From Holothuria leucospilota (taxonomy: Eukaryota), in contig CM055964.1 in the NCBI GenBank assembly GCA_029531755.1, forward strand, positions 36,098,802 to 36,162,801: a stretch of DNA of 64,000 bases, read 5' to 3'. Below, piece after piece: positions 62,641 through 64,000 of this stretch (position 1 is the stretch's first letter; every line of letters begins with the position of its first letter). The notes below the pieces were generated by a model. It did no database searches and had not been told where the DNA came from. It worked only from the letters and a program-made list of their open reading frames with translations. Position numbers and translations under genes: made by a program.

Positions 62641-63428
62641 CCTAAAGTCTAGAATTACAAGAATATATATTTTAGAGGTTAGAAAATGAATTCCATTCAT
62701 CTAACTCCCGTTTTCATAGCTTACTCCATTGCTGAGATATAAAAGCCTTTTGGTTAGTTAGTTAGTTAGATGAGGTTCAACGTCCCAGTTTCCAACCAAT
62801 TGGTTCAAGTCGAGACGACCACGGCCTTTATCCAGTTGTGGCTCACTGGCTTGTTTTCCCTGCTCCACTGCTTATGCTGAGCACCAAGCACAAAGGCAGT
62901 AGGTTCCATTTTTAAAGTCTTTGGTATGACCCGGCCAGGATTTGATAAAATGTTGAAGTTTATTCACTTAATTAATTTGAAATAGTCGATTGCGCAATAA
63001 GTTGTGATGCCCTTCTTGTACAACTCACATTACCTGTTTTTGTTTTCTTTTAAAATTAAGATGTTTACATGACCTTGAAACATTTACTGTTCCCTTGCAT
63101 AGCATGTTGTTGAGGGAGGGCTTATATAGCAAATCACCCTATAAAAAGTAAGACAGTGATCAAATTTTGACACAAGGTGCAGTGGCTTTCGAAAAAAAAA
63201 CAAAAAACAAAAAACAAAAAAAAAAACAAGGACTGTAATTTGAGTTGTACAAGAATGACATCACAAATTATTGCGCAATCTACCATTTTTAACTGAGTGA
63301 ATAAGCTTCAACATTTTATATCTTGGCTTAGGAATATCCTGTGAAGATGGAAGTTGGACCATCTGGATGCACTTTTCAAGCTTTGTAACATATATTTTTG
63401 AAATTTTAGACTTTAGGTACACTTTAAT
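62641..63428 (+). mobile_element. Copy 2 of the dispersed repeat seen at 16461-17018
   Basis: See the copy 1 entry. The internal A-rich tract is at 63193-63230. Confidence 0.6.
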
Positions 63429-63845
63429 GTATTTTTGCCCTCACTCATATCAGTTCCGTCGGAGGGTTTTTTACATGGAGGGCTGAACCATTCATGTGTA
63501 CATTTTTGCCATTTTCTAAGGTAAGGTTGGACGTTTTAAGGAAAAACTTCAAGCTGAATGTTACTGGGACCGGAGCTGTCCCCAGCCCCCGGTTCTAACT
63601 GCCCTGTGTATAGGAAATCTCCAGTGACTAATTCACAGACTCAAAACACAGAAGGGCAGGAGAGGTGAAAAGATACTCTAGTATACAAAACGACATTGAA
63701 TCAATGGTGTTTTATTCACTTAGCCTTTGCTATTTTACCTTTTTAGAAATTTTGATATCTCCCTAATCAATTGAAGCTTCAATGCTGGATGGGCCGATAG
63801 GAATGTGTAAGGAATTTTGATAAGAATCTTTTTTATTTCCCACAG

Positions 63846-63956
63846 ATTGCTTCCAGTGTGACAACAATATAACGTGCGTACCCTATATTTGGTTGTGTGA
63901 CGAATTCATTGATTGTGGTGACTTCACGGACGAAACAAATGAGCTGTGTCCGATAG
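63846..63956 (+). CDS. Exon encoding one LDLa module with unusual C1-C2 spacing (CFQC); 111 nt; phase 1 in and phase 1 out
   Basis: Acceptor ttttatttcccacag|AT and donor CCGATAG|GTGGGTAC. The translation is (x)CFQCDNNITCVPYIWLCDEFIDCGDFTDETNELCPI(G). Confidence 0.75.
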
Positions 63957-64000
63957 GTGGGTACCGTAAGGAAAAGATACAGAGACAATTTGATTCTCAT

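Overview
This window is eukaryotic nuclear DNA, most likely from an invertebrate metazoan. It is about 40% GC and is dominated by repeats; it is not a prokaryotic locus. The evidence is spliceosomal exon/intron structure with canonical polypyrimidine-AG acceptors and GTRAGT-like donors, LDL-receptor class A (LDLa) modules each encoded on a phase-1/phase-1 exon, a CR1/L2-clade LINE, several hAT-like MITE families, a Foldback-type palindromic transposon, a 145-bp satellite and microsatellites. I found no rRNA, tRNA, CRISPR array or operon structure.

Two protein-coding loci are partly visible:
- On the minus strand, two large low-complexity exons rich in Ser/Thr/Lys/Glu (12156-14131 and 20635-21720) that may belong to one gene.
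- On the plus strand, at least four LDLa-module exons (49902-50069, 60359-60457, 61883-62038, 63846-63956), with a 10.3-kb first intron packed with MITEs.

Most of the remaining ORF-track entries are not genes. They are alternative frames of real exons, read-through of tandem repeats (the 360-480 aa ORFs in 36944-38395), or TE-derived. The ORF track evidently allows GTG/TTG starts (for example 49943 is GTG).

The most interesting structures are:
- A roughly 1.05-kb Foldback-like element (37113-38162) with perfect 26-bp termini, a GTTTTA target duplication and an apparent empty-site paralogue elsewhere in the window.
- A GCGCGC-ttc-GCGCGC palindromic motif recurring about 15 times inside at least four different transposon families.
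- A near-intact esterase-ORF1 CR1-like LINE sitting between inverted roughly 95-bp repeats that share a 10-bp flank.
- Divergent LDLa modules, one of which lacks the C1-C3 disulfide pair.
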